Shown here one piece after another: positions 22,301 through 32,934 of a stretch of 64,000 nt of DNA; the first letter of the stretch is position 1, and each line of letters begins with the position of its first letter. The notes under the pieces were generated by a model. The model had not been told where the DNA came from, did not search any database, and was given only the letters and a program-made list of their open reading frames with translations. This DNA comes from Euglena gracilis. Taxonomy: Eukaryota. Made by a program: the position numbers and the translations under genes. Where the stretch lies: assembly GCA_039621445.1 (NCBI GenBank), contig CP154954.1, positions 27,927,735-27,991,734 on the forward strand, given 5' to 3'.

Positions 22301-25300
22301 TCAGAGAACCCCTTTCAGGAGGATTTTTCGTGTTTCAGGGAAGCCGAGTATCCCTCTGCAGCGATCACCCCCAATCAGAGGACAGACAAGGTTGTCTGCT
22401 GCGTGCTGAACACTTCAGGCGCATGCTGACTCCTGTCCTGGCGGCACCCTGGCAGGAATTTCCACCCGGAGGCCGAGGACTGGGCAGAGCAGCCGGAGCT
22501 CCGCAAACTGCTCGGCACGGATGCGTCTTGGGAGAAGCGCCAGCTCGTGGCATCTGTGTTCAGTGAGACCCCGACGGCCACGGAGGCCGCAAGCACGCAG
22601 GCTGATGGGCCAGCGTTGGCCAGAGCAAAGGTTTGTTGGATGCTGAAGGAAGGATGTGCGTGGGAACGACTGCCAAATCACGTCCATTTTCAAAAGTGTT
22701 ATCATGTTGTGCCAACCGTCCCCTACTAAAACTCAGAATTTTCTCCAACGCCATTATGAAGATGTTTACCAAACCAAATTCGCCAAGTCTGTGGCAAATG
22801 ATCTTTCGGACCGCCCTGCCTTAGACCAGAAGGTTTGGACCCCCCAACTGAGCACAGGAACGCACGAGGAAAGGGCATTTCGCGGCACAGGGGTGGTAGG
22901 TCACGGGAGGTGGGGTGGTCGTTGGTTGGGTCGCGGCCGGCCGCGGCACCTGCCTCCCATAAACCAACCTCCCGCGAGTCCCCATCGGGACTGGATGTCC
23001 GGCGGTGATGGTCCCGCCTCTGCCCACTGCGGCCCCTCCGGGCCCCCACCCTGGCCGCAGCAGCGGCGGCGGGGGCAGAAAGGCGCCGGCCGGGCCGCAG
23101 GACTCCGACAGCGACAGCGACGGGGACGATGCGGGGCGGCGGCGGCGGCGCACGGTGAGCAAGGAGACGCTGCAGCGGCAGCTGGAGGAGGAGGCCAGGG
23201 CGGGGGGGGGAGGGGGAGGGGCTGGCCGGCGGTGGCCGGATTGCATTTGCCATGGCCCCACTGGACCTGTTTGAGGGTCTCTTTTGACGATTTTAGCAAA
23301 TGGCGGATGCCTGTCGCCGTCAGCTCGCCTTGGGTAACGCAAAATGTGGGTTTATTCTGGTTTCTGACCCCTCCCATGTGAAGACCCCCAGCTTGAAGCA
23401 GGATTTCAAGACCCGCATGCAAAAATCAAACGTCCCTGCACATGGTTTGGGGGTTTTATATTGGGGGGTTTCCTTGGAATTTTCCCTTCCTTTCTTCTTT
23501 GTAGAAGTTGAACTGGATATTTTATCCCACACCAGCATTCATGGCCGAGAGGGGAACTTAAAAAAAAAGCTCTCAGCGGCCCTCACACACGGTCTTCCTC
23601 TTTGAGGATGGATACAATTTGCGCCAAACCCCCCCAGTCCTGCCAGAGGTACAGTACACCCAGAAGGAGATAGACGAGCTGGGGTACGAGGATGTCATTG
23701 CGGGTGGCACCGTGAAGTGCCGCTTCAAGTACCGCGGCCATGCCTCGCCCTGGGAGTAGTGCGGCTGTATTTGAACCACTGGGTCGTCAACTCACTCGGT
23801 TGTTTCAGTCGGAGTGACGGTCTCCCAGTCAGCCGCTGCTCAACCTCCCCACACCTGGGGCCACACACACGGCGAGGGCGGCGCATGCTCTCAACATCGA
23901 CCCCATCCGCTTCGAGGGGCTGGACACCACTGACCTCCTGCCAGGGACCCTGCCTCTGTGACCCCTTCGGGGGTCAAACTCGAGATCGAACACAATCTGC
24001 GTACCTCTCTCTCTCTCTCTCTCTCTCTCTCATCTCCGTATGTCCACAGATCCACCAATCCATCTCTCCGTCCGTCCGCCCGTCAGTCCGTATGTTGTTC
24101 CAGCCAGCCAGCCAGCCATCCAATCCCATCCATCCTATCCATCCATCCATCCTCACAAATTTTCCCCCCCAGAGGCCCCGGTGGTACAACGTGCGGGTGG
24201 GTTCGGGTAATTTTCTTGCTGACCGTGATTGTGCGCCTTCTGCCATTTATTGTGTTCAAGATGGGATTAGGATAAGGTGGTTTGTATTTAGGCTGAAAGT
24301 TAGGCTCTCTTTGTCATTTTTGACCAAATTTCAACCTAATTTTTAGCCAAATGTGTTGACTGAACAGTTTATCTCCCAAACAACCCCCCCCCCCATAGAT
24401 GCACACACATACACATCCGCACAAGGAGTGGATTTCCCACCCGGCCGGTGGGGAGGTCCGGCCGGGTCCCCAACGCGGTGCTGCCAGATGCCACGCTGGA
24501 CTCCATCGCCCCGATGCGGTACCTCGCAGCACACCGCACAAAGGCGGAGCGGGATCGGGTCCAGGCTTCTTTCTAATGAAAAGGGTGAACCCCCCCGGGG
24601 ATGCTGTGGGCAGGCAGGGGGCAGACAGGGGTCGACCCCCACCCACCCCACCCATGGGTAGAGGGGATTCCCGTACAGCCCCCCCCCCCTCCCACCCTGG
24701 GTTGGCAAATAAAGAAGCCTGACGGGGACCGGCGCATCGTGGAACAGCGGCTGAAGCGGCTGGGGCAGGTGGACTACAAGTGGAAGGTCGGCAGCAAGAA
24801 GTACAAGAAGGCCTCCGGCATCAGCCAGGGGGCGTTGGTGTGGCGGGCCGCCTCCCGCCCCCCCCCCCCAAATACCCACCAAGACCCACCCTTGGGATTT
24901 ACACAAACGTCCTGAAAATTCCCCCCATCAAGGTGGTTCAAGATGCATAGAGCATTAAGTTGTCCCAAATGTGACCCCGCCCCCATCGGTTGAACTGCAC
25001 CGACAAAGGATCTCTGTTTCAAGTTTTTCAGTAGCGGTCTGCCCATTTGCAACCCCTGAAACAAGTCGTCAGAAGCGACATTTGAGGTTTGCATGTGTTG
25101 TCCCCTCCCCCCGGCCCCTGACCCCCGACCCCGCGACGTGGGATGAGCTGCAGGCCAAGCTGGACCAGCTCAAGGCGGAGAAGGCCGCGAAACGCGCCCG
25201 CCTGGCGGCGGAGGCGGCGGAGGGGGAGGAGGGGCCCGCGGAGGCGGAGGACGGCTACGCCGCCGACGTGGGGGAGCCGGCCCCGCCCCGGACCAAGGCC

Positions 25301-25740
25301 AAGGCGAAGCGGCCCCGGGAGGTGGGCGGGGCTGAGCTGGGGCCTCTGATGCGGTGGGGGTGGTGTGGCAACACGCACAAAACCTCCGGGACGTTCCAGA
25401 GCTGATCGACTCATACTCACAACCATGCATGTCCTTTGTTTCCCGCCCAAGTTGCATCCAACCGTTGAAACATCCACCCACCAGCCACCAACTGCGTCAC
25501 TGGCAGACCGCAACTGTCACCGGCAGAGCGGGAAAATCGGCATCCGGGCCGGCCCCCAAGGTTCCAAAAAACCACTGCTGAGGTTATTTGTGAACATCGC
25601 TTTTTGTATTTTGTTGGGGGTGGGAAGGCCCAGCCCCGCTGATGGTGGACACAGATCAGGTTGCTGCCGAAGCTGTCCAACAGAAGGAGAAGGAGAAAGG
25701 GCGCAAGCAGAAGAAGCACAAACCAGAAACCTCTGCCTGA
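13949..25740 (+). CDS. KRI1: KRI1 (40S ribosome biogenesis protein), about 20 exons
   Basis: Exons 13949-14104, 14852-14926, 15281-~15400, 15708-15882, 16407-16551 and further exons up to 24727-24822, 25127-25321 and 25659-25740 (TGA). Motifs match KRI1 N-terminal, middle and Kri1_C regions: LQV|DKKYASTLLRRKREQELRLMRQKFG, EDEEFTNNQEVFEHAYEEFKYHHQEE, SLRRKESARKKRRE, EEYDQLMSQVFNDDYYEE, LGYEDVIAGGTVKCRFKYR|NIDPIRFEGLDTTDLL. Confidence 0.9.
14105..14851 (+). other. Non-conventional intron (KRI1 intron 1)
   Basis: ggc-CAGGGCCTGG pairs with CCAGGCCTTG-ggggg; no GT/AG ends; joins LQV|DKKY. Confidence 0.85.
14927..15280 (+). other. Non-conventional intron (KRI1 intron 2)
   Basis: aac-CAGGGGGTTTTC pairs with GAAAGCCCCCTG-tcagc; joins KFG|DAGDDD. 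Confidence 0.85.
16267..16349. repeat. (CAGA)n microsatellite
   Basis: Read directly from the sequence. Confidence 0.95.
19808..19984. mobile_element. hAT-type MITE inside an intron
   Basis: 15-bp TIR CAGGCTTCTTTTTAA/TTAAAAAGAAGCCTG; TSD GGCCCGAC/GGCCCAAC (7/8). Confidence 0.85.
20985..21387. mobile_element. hAT-type MITE inside a KRI1 intron
   Basis: Perfect 17-bp TIR CAGGCTTTTGCTTAAGG; perfect 8-bp TSD GCTGCGGT (20977-20984, 21388-21395). Confidence 0.92.
23736..23892 (+). other. Non-conventional intron with CAT/ATG end pair
   Basis: ggc-CATGC...GCATG-ctctc; joins the conserved motif RFKYR|NIDPIRF. Confidence 0.8.
24559..24726 (+). mobile_element. hAT-like MITE (24562-24721) that constitutes a KRI1 intron
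   Basis: Perfect 11-bp TIR CAGGCTTCTTT/AAAGAAGCCTG, the same TIR as the MITE at 19808. Flanks ATCGGGTC/ACGGGGAC match at 5/8. Removal joins ERDR|DRRIVE. Part of the interior recurs at ~59285-59340. Confidence 0.8.
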
Positions 25741-26581
25741 GGAAGAAGGTGCGGCGGACTGAACGCCCACTCCACTACCTCCTGGGGCAGCTAACCCACC
25801 TCAACCTCCCACATTCCCTCCCGCACAGTCCCTCCCACCCTGACTCTAACACCCTAACACCAGAGCGTTGGGATATCATCCTGGCGTAGTTTATGCACCA
25901 CGCCTCTTCCATCTCTCCAACCCCTGTCGTGCTCCTGTGCACGTGCACACATGTGTGGGTGACAGGGCTGCAAGCGTCAAATGGGGAGGAATATCGCCAT
26001 TTTGAGCCACGCCGAGGTTTAGTTTTTGTCTCTGTCGTGCTGCCACATTTTTGGGTACCGCCCCCTGAGAGATTGCAATATTAATTAGGACATGGGAACA
26101 TATTTAATGACTTGAATTGCTAGATTGGAGAAGGATGGATGTCTGATGGAGGTTTTGACGGCTGCCCCCCCCCCCGGAGAGGACCAAACGGGGGGATTCG
26201 GTCCCCCCCCATCCGCCCCGAGGCGACCCCCAACGGCCGCTACTCCGAACAGGTGTGGGGACGCCGCCTTATTGATGCTTTAAAGCATTAAGCCCCCGGT
26301 GTAATCCGGGTCTTGAATTGGTGGCGAAAAGCAAACTCCCTCCATAAAGTGCCCACAACGAGGTATTAGCAGCGTCGATGAATATAACCTGTTTATCATG
26401 ATCCAGTTATAACTTAATAATAATAAGTAACCCCCCCCCCCAAATAATACCCATGCGCCCCATGCGTTTGAGAAGATGACTTGGTCTCTTCATTTCCCTG
26501 GGTTTTCGCGCTCCCCACTGGAGGTGCCCATGAGAAATGTCTGGTGCAGCAGGCCTACTCTTGGTCCAAGGTGGCGCATGG

Positions 26582-27592
26582 CGGTAGACTGGGGGGGGGG
26601 GGTAGTGGGTAGTGGGTAGTCGACCGACTAGTCGGCCGACTACCCAATTGGTCGGCCGACTAGTCGGCCGACCAAATGGTCGGTAGCTAGTCGGTACATT
26701 AGAGTGGGTAGTCGGCGGACTAGTCGGCCGACTACCCACTCTAATGTACTAACGGGTCCAAACCACCGACTTTTAAGCCCCCCCCCATGAAGAAAATCCA
26801 ATGCAAACTAGTCGGTGGCTAGTCGGTGGTCATAAAAATGGTCTGTGGCGGGCCCAAATCACCCGGAAATGGTCCGGATGGGTCCAAATAAGTGCCTTAC
26901 ACCTAAATAAACACCCCCAGATGGAAATCTTTGGTCGGTGGGGGTCGGTGGGCCCTTGATGGGGGTCTCGAAGGGTGAAAAACCAATGATAAAACAAGGA
27001 TTACATGAAAATCCTTTAGAAATGCAAGCATTCTGCATCACGAGAGGCAGAAACCCCCCCTACACCCCCATCAGAGCCTCAAATAACAAAATCCCTTCTG
27101 TGTTGGCGACATACTCGGGGGCTAAGTCGTTTTTGTGGCTCACTTTGGCATAGGCGGGGGGGGGGGGCTCGCCCCCCCCCCCCCCGCACCCCCCCATCAA
27201 ATAACAAAATCCCTTCTATGTTGGCAATAGACTTGGAGGGATAAGTCCTTTTTGTGCAAATTTTGACTTATATTGAAAATCCAATGGGGAGAGGTGTTCT
27301 TTTGTCAAAAGTGGCCCAAAATGGACATCCCCCCCAATTTTTTTGCATATCCCCCCCCCCCCAATTGGGGGGTTCTGGAGCCATTTGGGTGGGTTTTGAC
27401 TGGTGTTGAGGTGATTTAGACAAAAGTTTTTTCCCGGGGGGGGGGGGGCTTAAAAGTCGGCGGTTTTGACCCGTTAGTACATTAGAGTAAGCTAATGTAC
27501 CGACTAGCTACCGACCAATTGGTCGGCCGACTTGTTGGCCGACCAATTGGGTAGTCGGCCGACTACCCACTACCCCCCCCCCCAGTCTACCG
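26582..27592. mobile_element. Foldback-like non-autonomous element with long (~150-200 bp) modular TIRs
   Basis: Starts CGGTAGACTG(n)TAGTGGGTAGT and ends ACTACCCACTAC(n)AGTCTACCG. The arms are built from GTCGGCCGAC/CGACTAGTCG palindromes and TTTTAAGCCCC/GGGGCTTAAAA. Confidence 0.85.
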
Positions 27593-27634
27593 TTTGGCAC
27601 TGTCCAAGGTGAAGGTTTGGGTTAATTGAATTGA

Positions 27635-27820
27635 TAGGGTTAGGGTTAGGGTTTGGGAATGGGGTTAGGGTTGGGTTTAGGTCGTTTAACCCAGATTTAG
27701 GCTAAAATTAGACCAAATTCAGGCCAGAATTTAGGCCCGATTTCGGCCCAACTGCCTAACTCTGGCCTAACCCAACCCTAATCCCCTTCTGAACGAACCG
27801 CAACCCTGACCCTGCCCCTA
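27635..27820. repeat. Degenerate interstitial TTAGGG-like repeats in inverted arrangement
   Basis: TAGGGTTAGGGTTAGGG... at 27635-27681 and CCTAACCC/AACCCTAA/ACCCTGACCCTG at 27766-27820. Confidence 0.55.
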
Positions 27821-29162
27821 AAAATAACGGAAATCACCGAAGGAGTAGTAGTTAAAGGCTGCCTCATCAACCTCTCCCAGGTGGGTCGATTTCTGCCTGG
27901 CAGAGGAGGACAAAGAGATTTTCGGATTGATGGATTGTACCATTTTCTTGGAAAGGACAGTTTGACAGATTTTTCAGCCCTAACGTACATTGGGACCAGG
28001 TTGCTGCTTTGAGAAATGCAATGCACAAAAGGGTCATGTGAGGATGATGGACGTTTGAAGGAGTTGAAGCCGCTCTGTATTTTGCAACTTGGGCCGCTTC
28101 CCAGCAGTTCGCCTTCTGCCACATTATGCTGCGGACGTTGTCGGCTTGACGTTGCGTGGCGGAGCGAGCAAGCGGGATATCACACGAGGTGCGCTCCGCG
28201 ACGCGATACAACACCTTATGGTATCGTTGTTGGAACCTGACCCACAACAAATTGCAATAAATAATAGCAGCACCCAAGGAGTTGTTGATGGTTTTTAAAA
28301 GTGGAAAGCAATGGGAAAATGAAAGGATCAGTTTTTCACACAATTTCGTACGATCATGCATATGTTGCTCATCAGATTGCTCCCTGGTCTGATGAGCAAT
28401 CCCTGACTTTTCACATCCCTTCCGCTGACCAACCTACCGAAATGAAAAACCAAGGTGGGTTTCTGGGGGAGGCTCATGCGCCTGTTCTTTCTAGGGGATC
28501 ACTCATATGGCGAGGGAGGTAGTGGGCTCTCTGCTCTATATGGGTCCGATGTAGGATAGTTCTGACTTTGGGTGATGTTCCGCAGTTTGTTTGATGTTCA
28601 GGATGGGAGTGAGGGTTCTGGTCGGATTTGGAGCAGGGTTCAAGAGAGGTGGGGTTACGTTTGGAATCGGGTTTGCGAGGTGTTTTCTACTAATTTTAGC
28701 CTAAATTTAGCATTTCTTTCAGTTCTCAAAACAGTTGATTAAAACCTGACCCCAATTTCACCTAAGAACCCAATAAAGTGTGATGAAAGTGCCAAATCCA
28801 GATATTCACAGTTGTGCTCCATGCATCTTGAATCCACCACAACCCTTCAGTTGACGACCCAACAATGGCTTGCACCTCCACATGTCTGTTGTTTAACAAC
28901 ACGCCAAAAAAGAGAGAATTGAAATATCATCTGTTTTATTTTTTCCACCCTCGGATCCCCTCCCCATCGACAAGTTTTGATTTGTGTCCAGCTGAAGAGC
29001 AACGGTAACAGTATTTTTTTTGCTTCCGGTGCAGAAATTTGGCAAAAGGGCAAAAATGGGTGGGAAATGGACTCTCCGTCTGTGTCAAATTATGTTTTAA
29101 GGAACGTTTTTACATCATTGGCAGTCTTTTTTGGCATTTTTACATTTTTCGATTTTTTTTTA

Positions 29163-29390
29163 AACCCGCCCCCCCAAATAACCTGGCGGGGCCCTTGCTC
29201 CTGGCAGTGGCCGAGTAATTTGGCGGGGGAAGGGGCAAAAAAGATGGTTTCAGTAATTTGGCACTCCCTTTTTGGGCAAAATTCTTTTACAACGCTGAAA
29301 AAAAGGGCCCAAATAACCTGGCAGGGGGGGGCAGGACCAAAAGTTGGTTCCAATAAGCTGGCACCCCGCCAGGTTATTTGGGGGGGGGTG
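29163..29390. mobile_element. TA-flanked MITE with poly-C/poly-G TIRs (Tc1/mariner-like)
   Basis: TA|AACCCGCCCCCCAAATAACCTGGCGGGG ... CCCCGCCAGGTTATTTG(n)TG|TA. Confidence 0.75.
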
Positions 29391-29407
29391 TACACCAGGT
29401 TCTCAAC

Positions 29408-29703
29408 CAGGCTTGTGCTTAGTCGGGTGCCTACCCCACAGGGGGGGGGTGCTAGGGGCAGGCACCCCATAGCACCCGATCCGACCCCCCCCCCCGGGGG
29501 GATAGGGTTTTGGGGGGTGCCTGCCCCTAGCAGGCACCCCCCTCCGACCCCGGCGCCGGGGGCCCGGAAACGGCCATTTTCAATGAAAATTTTCTCAGTC
29601 CGGCCTGGACCCCTATCCCCCCGGGGGGGGGGTGTGCCTGCTAGGGGCAGGCACCCTATAGCACCCACCCCCCCTCCCCCCCCATTTGGTAAGCACAAGC
29701 ATG
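29408..29703. mobile_element. hAT-type MITE
   Basis: TIR CAGGCTTGTGCTTA/TAAGCACAAGCATG; perfect TSD TTCTCAAC (29400-29407, 29704-29711). Confidence 0.9.
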
Positions 29704-30062
29704 TTCTCAACCCCCAGTCAAGGCCAAGGCCCAGCCAGTGGACCCAGAGGGGTGGTCAGCCGGTAGCCTTTTTCCAGCAAGCCTGAATTCCCCGAGCTGG
29801 ACCCCTCCCCCAAGGGGTCGCCAAGCGACGCCCTGGCACCAACGGTGTGTCCGAACTGCTGAGGCATTGCGGCACCCACAATATTTCCATGAAAATGAAC
29901 CCAGGAACCCCCCTCCCCCCAACCAAACAATGATTGCATTGTGTTCAAGCGCAAATCTGATCCATATGCCTGCACACAGGACCCACCGTCAGTGAAGCTG
30001 CTCAATGCGGAGACTCAGCCTTGGAAAAGCAAGCAACCATGTAAAGGTGTGGTGTTAGAAGA

Positions 30063-30122
30063 TGTGTGTGTGTGTGTGTGTGTGTGTGTTTGTGTGTGTG
30101 TTTCGCGCGCGCGCGCGCGCGA
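30063..30122. repeat. (TG)n followed by (CG)n microsatellite
   Basis: Read directly from the sequence. Confidence 0.92.
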
Positions 30123-30465
30123 GTGCCTGCATGCATGATAGTGAGTGAACAGTGGATAGCTGTGAACTCTTGTTGCAAATGTCAGGTCAGCTTTGAGGTT
30201 CAGATTCCTGTCTTAGCTCATCCAGAAGCACTGACACACAACACGTAATGATGCCATGCATATGTGTCAAGTGCAAAGGATCAGCTGTTGTGTGAGCAAG
30301 TTGTGTAAAAGGAAGCAACTTGTGTGTGGTGTGTGTGCTGCTGAGAGCACAATGTGACTGTGCGTGTGAGGGAGTGATGGATAGCTGTGAAATGAAAAGG
30401 TCACAATTTGAGGTTGGCAGAAAAACTCATCCAGAAGCACAAATAGAATTTTAATGGGAAGGTTT

Positions 30466-30496
<31 letters not shown>

Positions 30497-30899
30497 GGTT
30501 TTTTTCACTTTTTTTTTTTTCAACGCTTTCCTTTTTTCTTTTGCTGCAACCCTCTTCATCATTTGACGACCCCGACGCTACGATGCCCTGGCGCCCAGGG
30601 ACAAATTTGGGTCCTCTGTGGCGTGCCATTCGGCAGTTGCATTGCCGGCTTTGGCACTTACACTGCATGGCTGTGGCATTTGCCATTGTGCCTGCCTCAG
30701 ACCGTCGCAACTCGGCGGTGGACCTGCCTGCCTCCCAAGACCCCCCCGAGGCCGGCCCTGGCCAGCCACCCCGCCGCCCCTGGCAGAAGCCTAAGACGCG
30801 GAGAAGTGGACCGCAGAAGATGTGTCGGCCGCCTTTTTCCGAAAACAGAAGATCGGCACAACCGAAGGGGAGATCCCGAAACGCCACCGCCGGCCTCCT

Positions 30900-32879
30900 C
30901 CGCACTGCCGTCGGGTGGAGGGGGTTGGGGCGGCGGCGTGGCTGCCGCCAGCACCCGCAAAGGCACCCTCAGCCCTCTGCCCCAGGGGGCCCAGCCTGCC
31001 TGTGTTGCCGGCCGCATGAGGTGGGGTAGACCAACCACCTGACCATGTGGGGATGGATGTGTTTGTTTCTTCCCCCCCCCCACCGCCTCCCTGCAGCTGA
31101 GGCTAGGACATAACAACCAGATGGTGATGAAAATGCAGTCGTCTAACTCAATTCCTATCGAACATTTTTAGAACCGAGATCTATTCAAACCAGAGTGACA
31201 CCATCGTTTTCTCGGCCTCTTTCTGGCTGCGGTGGGGAGCGTTCTCTCTGAGGGGTTTGCATCGATGGAGTGTCTGTGTAAAGTTGAGGAAAGTTGTGCT
31301 GTCATTTCTATTCATGGTTTGTCATACTCGACGGGAACCTGTAAAAACGATAAACGGGCAGTCTGGTCTGCCTGGGCCTGAAGCGACTGATTCGTCGAGA
31401 TTCCACCCACCGCAGTGAACAAGAGGCTGCTGCATCACCGCTCAGTGGTACCCTCCTTTCACCATGCATGCATCTTTAAACGCTGTAATAACTCCTCACG
31501 GGTGCACATCGTCCTACCTCCCCCCCTGCATGTGTCCAACAAACACCCTTGTCCAGCAACCCCCGCCCTTATTTGGACGGTAACTTTTTGTCACCGTAAG
31601 TGGAATTTTGCTTGTTCAGAACCCCTTTTTGTCCGATGTTCGCTCCTCTTGTTTGGACCACCACTTTTGTCATTTATGTGCTTGTTGGACGCAGAGGGGG
31701 ACTGGTAAATTGCCCCCCCCCCAAATAAGTGCGCACCCCTGGAGGACCCAAACCTTCCTCCCTGGTGCTCGTCATTTTTGCAGTGCTGCGACACAAAATG
31801 GCTTTTGATTTCAGAGGGCATTTTGACAGTCATTTAAACCACAAGAAAGGGGGGAAATAATGAAAATGGGTGAAAATCATGTGGGTCATGTGTTTTTTTT
31901 ATTACTTTGTTAATAAGTGCACACCACCAAGGGCTTCGAATCTTGTTCTTATGAAGTTTGCACTGATGCATTTATTGGTGGTAGGTTGGGCTTGACATTC
32001 AGTACCAGAATTACAGAGAAGTCAAAATACTATCAGATGGGGCGTTTTGAGTTCCAGCTTAAGTTCTGAACTTTTTCTTTGTCAATGTTTTCTTTGCTTT
32101 TGCTTTTCAGAATATTCCTTTGATTCCATACAACAATCCAATGCTGCGCCACATGCCGTGTTTTTGTTGCTTTCTTTGCACAGAAAATTGGTATCTGAAC
32201 ATGCGTGTCACGCTCTCTGTCGTTGTGTTCTGCTCTGCTGAGGTGCTGCCAACTGCAGCACCTCCAGCATTGTGACCCCCTCCCACCGTCTGACAAATTG
32301 ACCCTCCCCTGCTGGGCCCTGAAGGTTATCCCAAGGCCTTGTCGTTCCCCGGCTGACCGGAAAATCGTTTAAGGCTCCCTCAAATATGCTTGGGTGTCTT
32401 AAAAAGGGTGTCTTAAAAATACTCCGTCCCCCCCCGGGGGGGTATCCGTAGGAGGAGGCTCGATATCGAACGCTCGACCTCGAGCCTCCTCGAACATTTT
32501 TAAGCCCCCCCCCCTCTAGGGGGGGGGGCTTAAAAGGCGTTCGAGGAGGCTCTAGAGCCTCCTCGAACCATGTTCGAGGAGGCTCTAGAGCCTCCTCGAA
32601 CGTGGTTCGAGGTCGTTCGAGGAGGCTCTAGAGCCTCCTCGAACGTGGTTCGAGGACGTTCGAGGAGGCTCTAGAGCCTCCTCGAACGTGGTTCGAGGTC
32701 GTTCGAGGAGGCTCTAGAGCCTCCTCGAACGTGGTTCGAGGTCGTTCGAGGAGGCTCTAGAGCCTCCTCGAACGTGGTTCGAGGTCGTTCGAGGAGGCTC
32801 TAGAGCCTCCTCGAACGAAATCTCGAGCCTCCTCCTGTGTATATGCTTCACCGTATCAGGAGACTGTGCTTCTATTTTC

Positions 32880-32934
<55 letters not shown>

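Noticed and set aside
26100-26410. Possible box C/D snoRNA or other structured ncRNA downstream of KRI1
   Set aside because: The C box is imperfect and I could not recognise a terminal stem or guide; an Infernal/Rfam search would be needed.
27635-27681. True telomere
   Set aside because: Only 2-3 perfect TTAGGG units, at an internal position.
28365-28450. CTGATGA within a 12-bp hairpin, a possible hammerhead ribozyme
   Set aside because: No convincing stem II/III around a GAAA on either strand; it appears to be a simple inverted repeat.
27778-28520. Minus-strand ORFs next to telomere-like repeats, a possible retroelement remnant
   Set aside because: No RT, endonuclease or gag motifs recognised.
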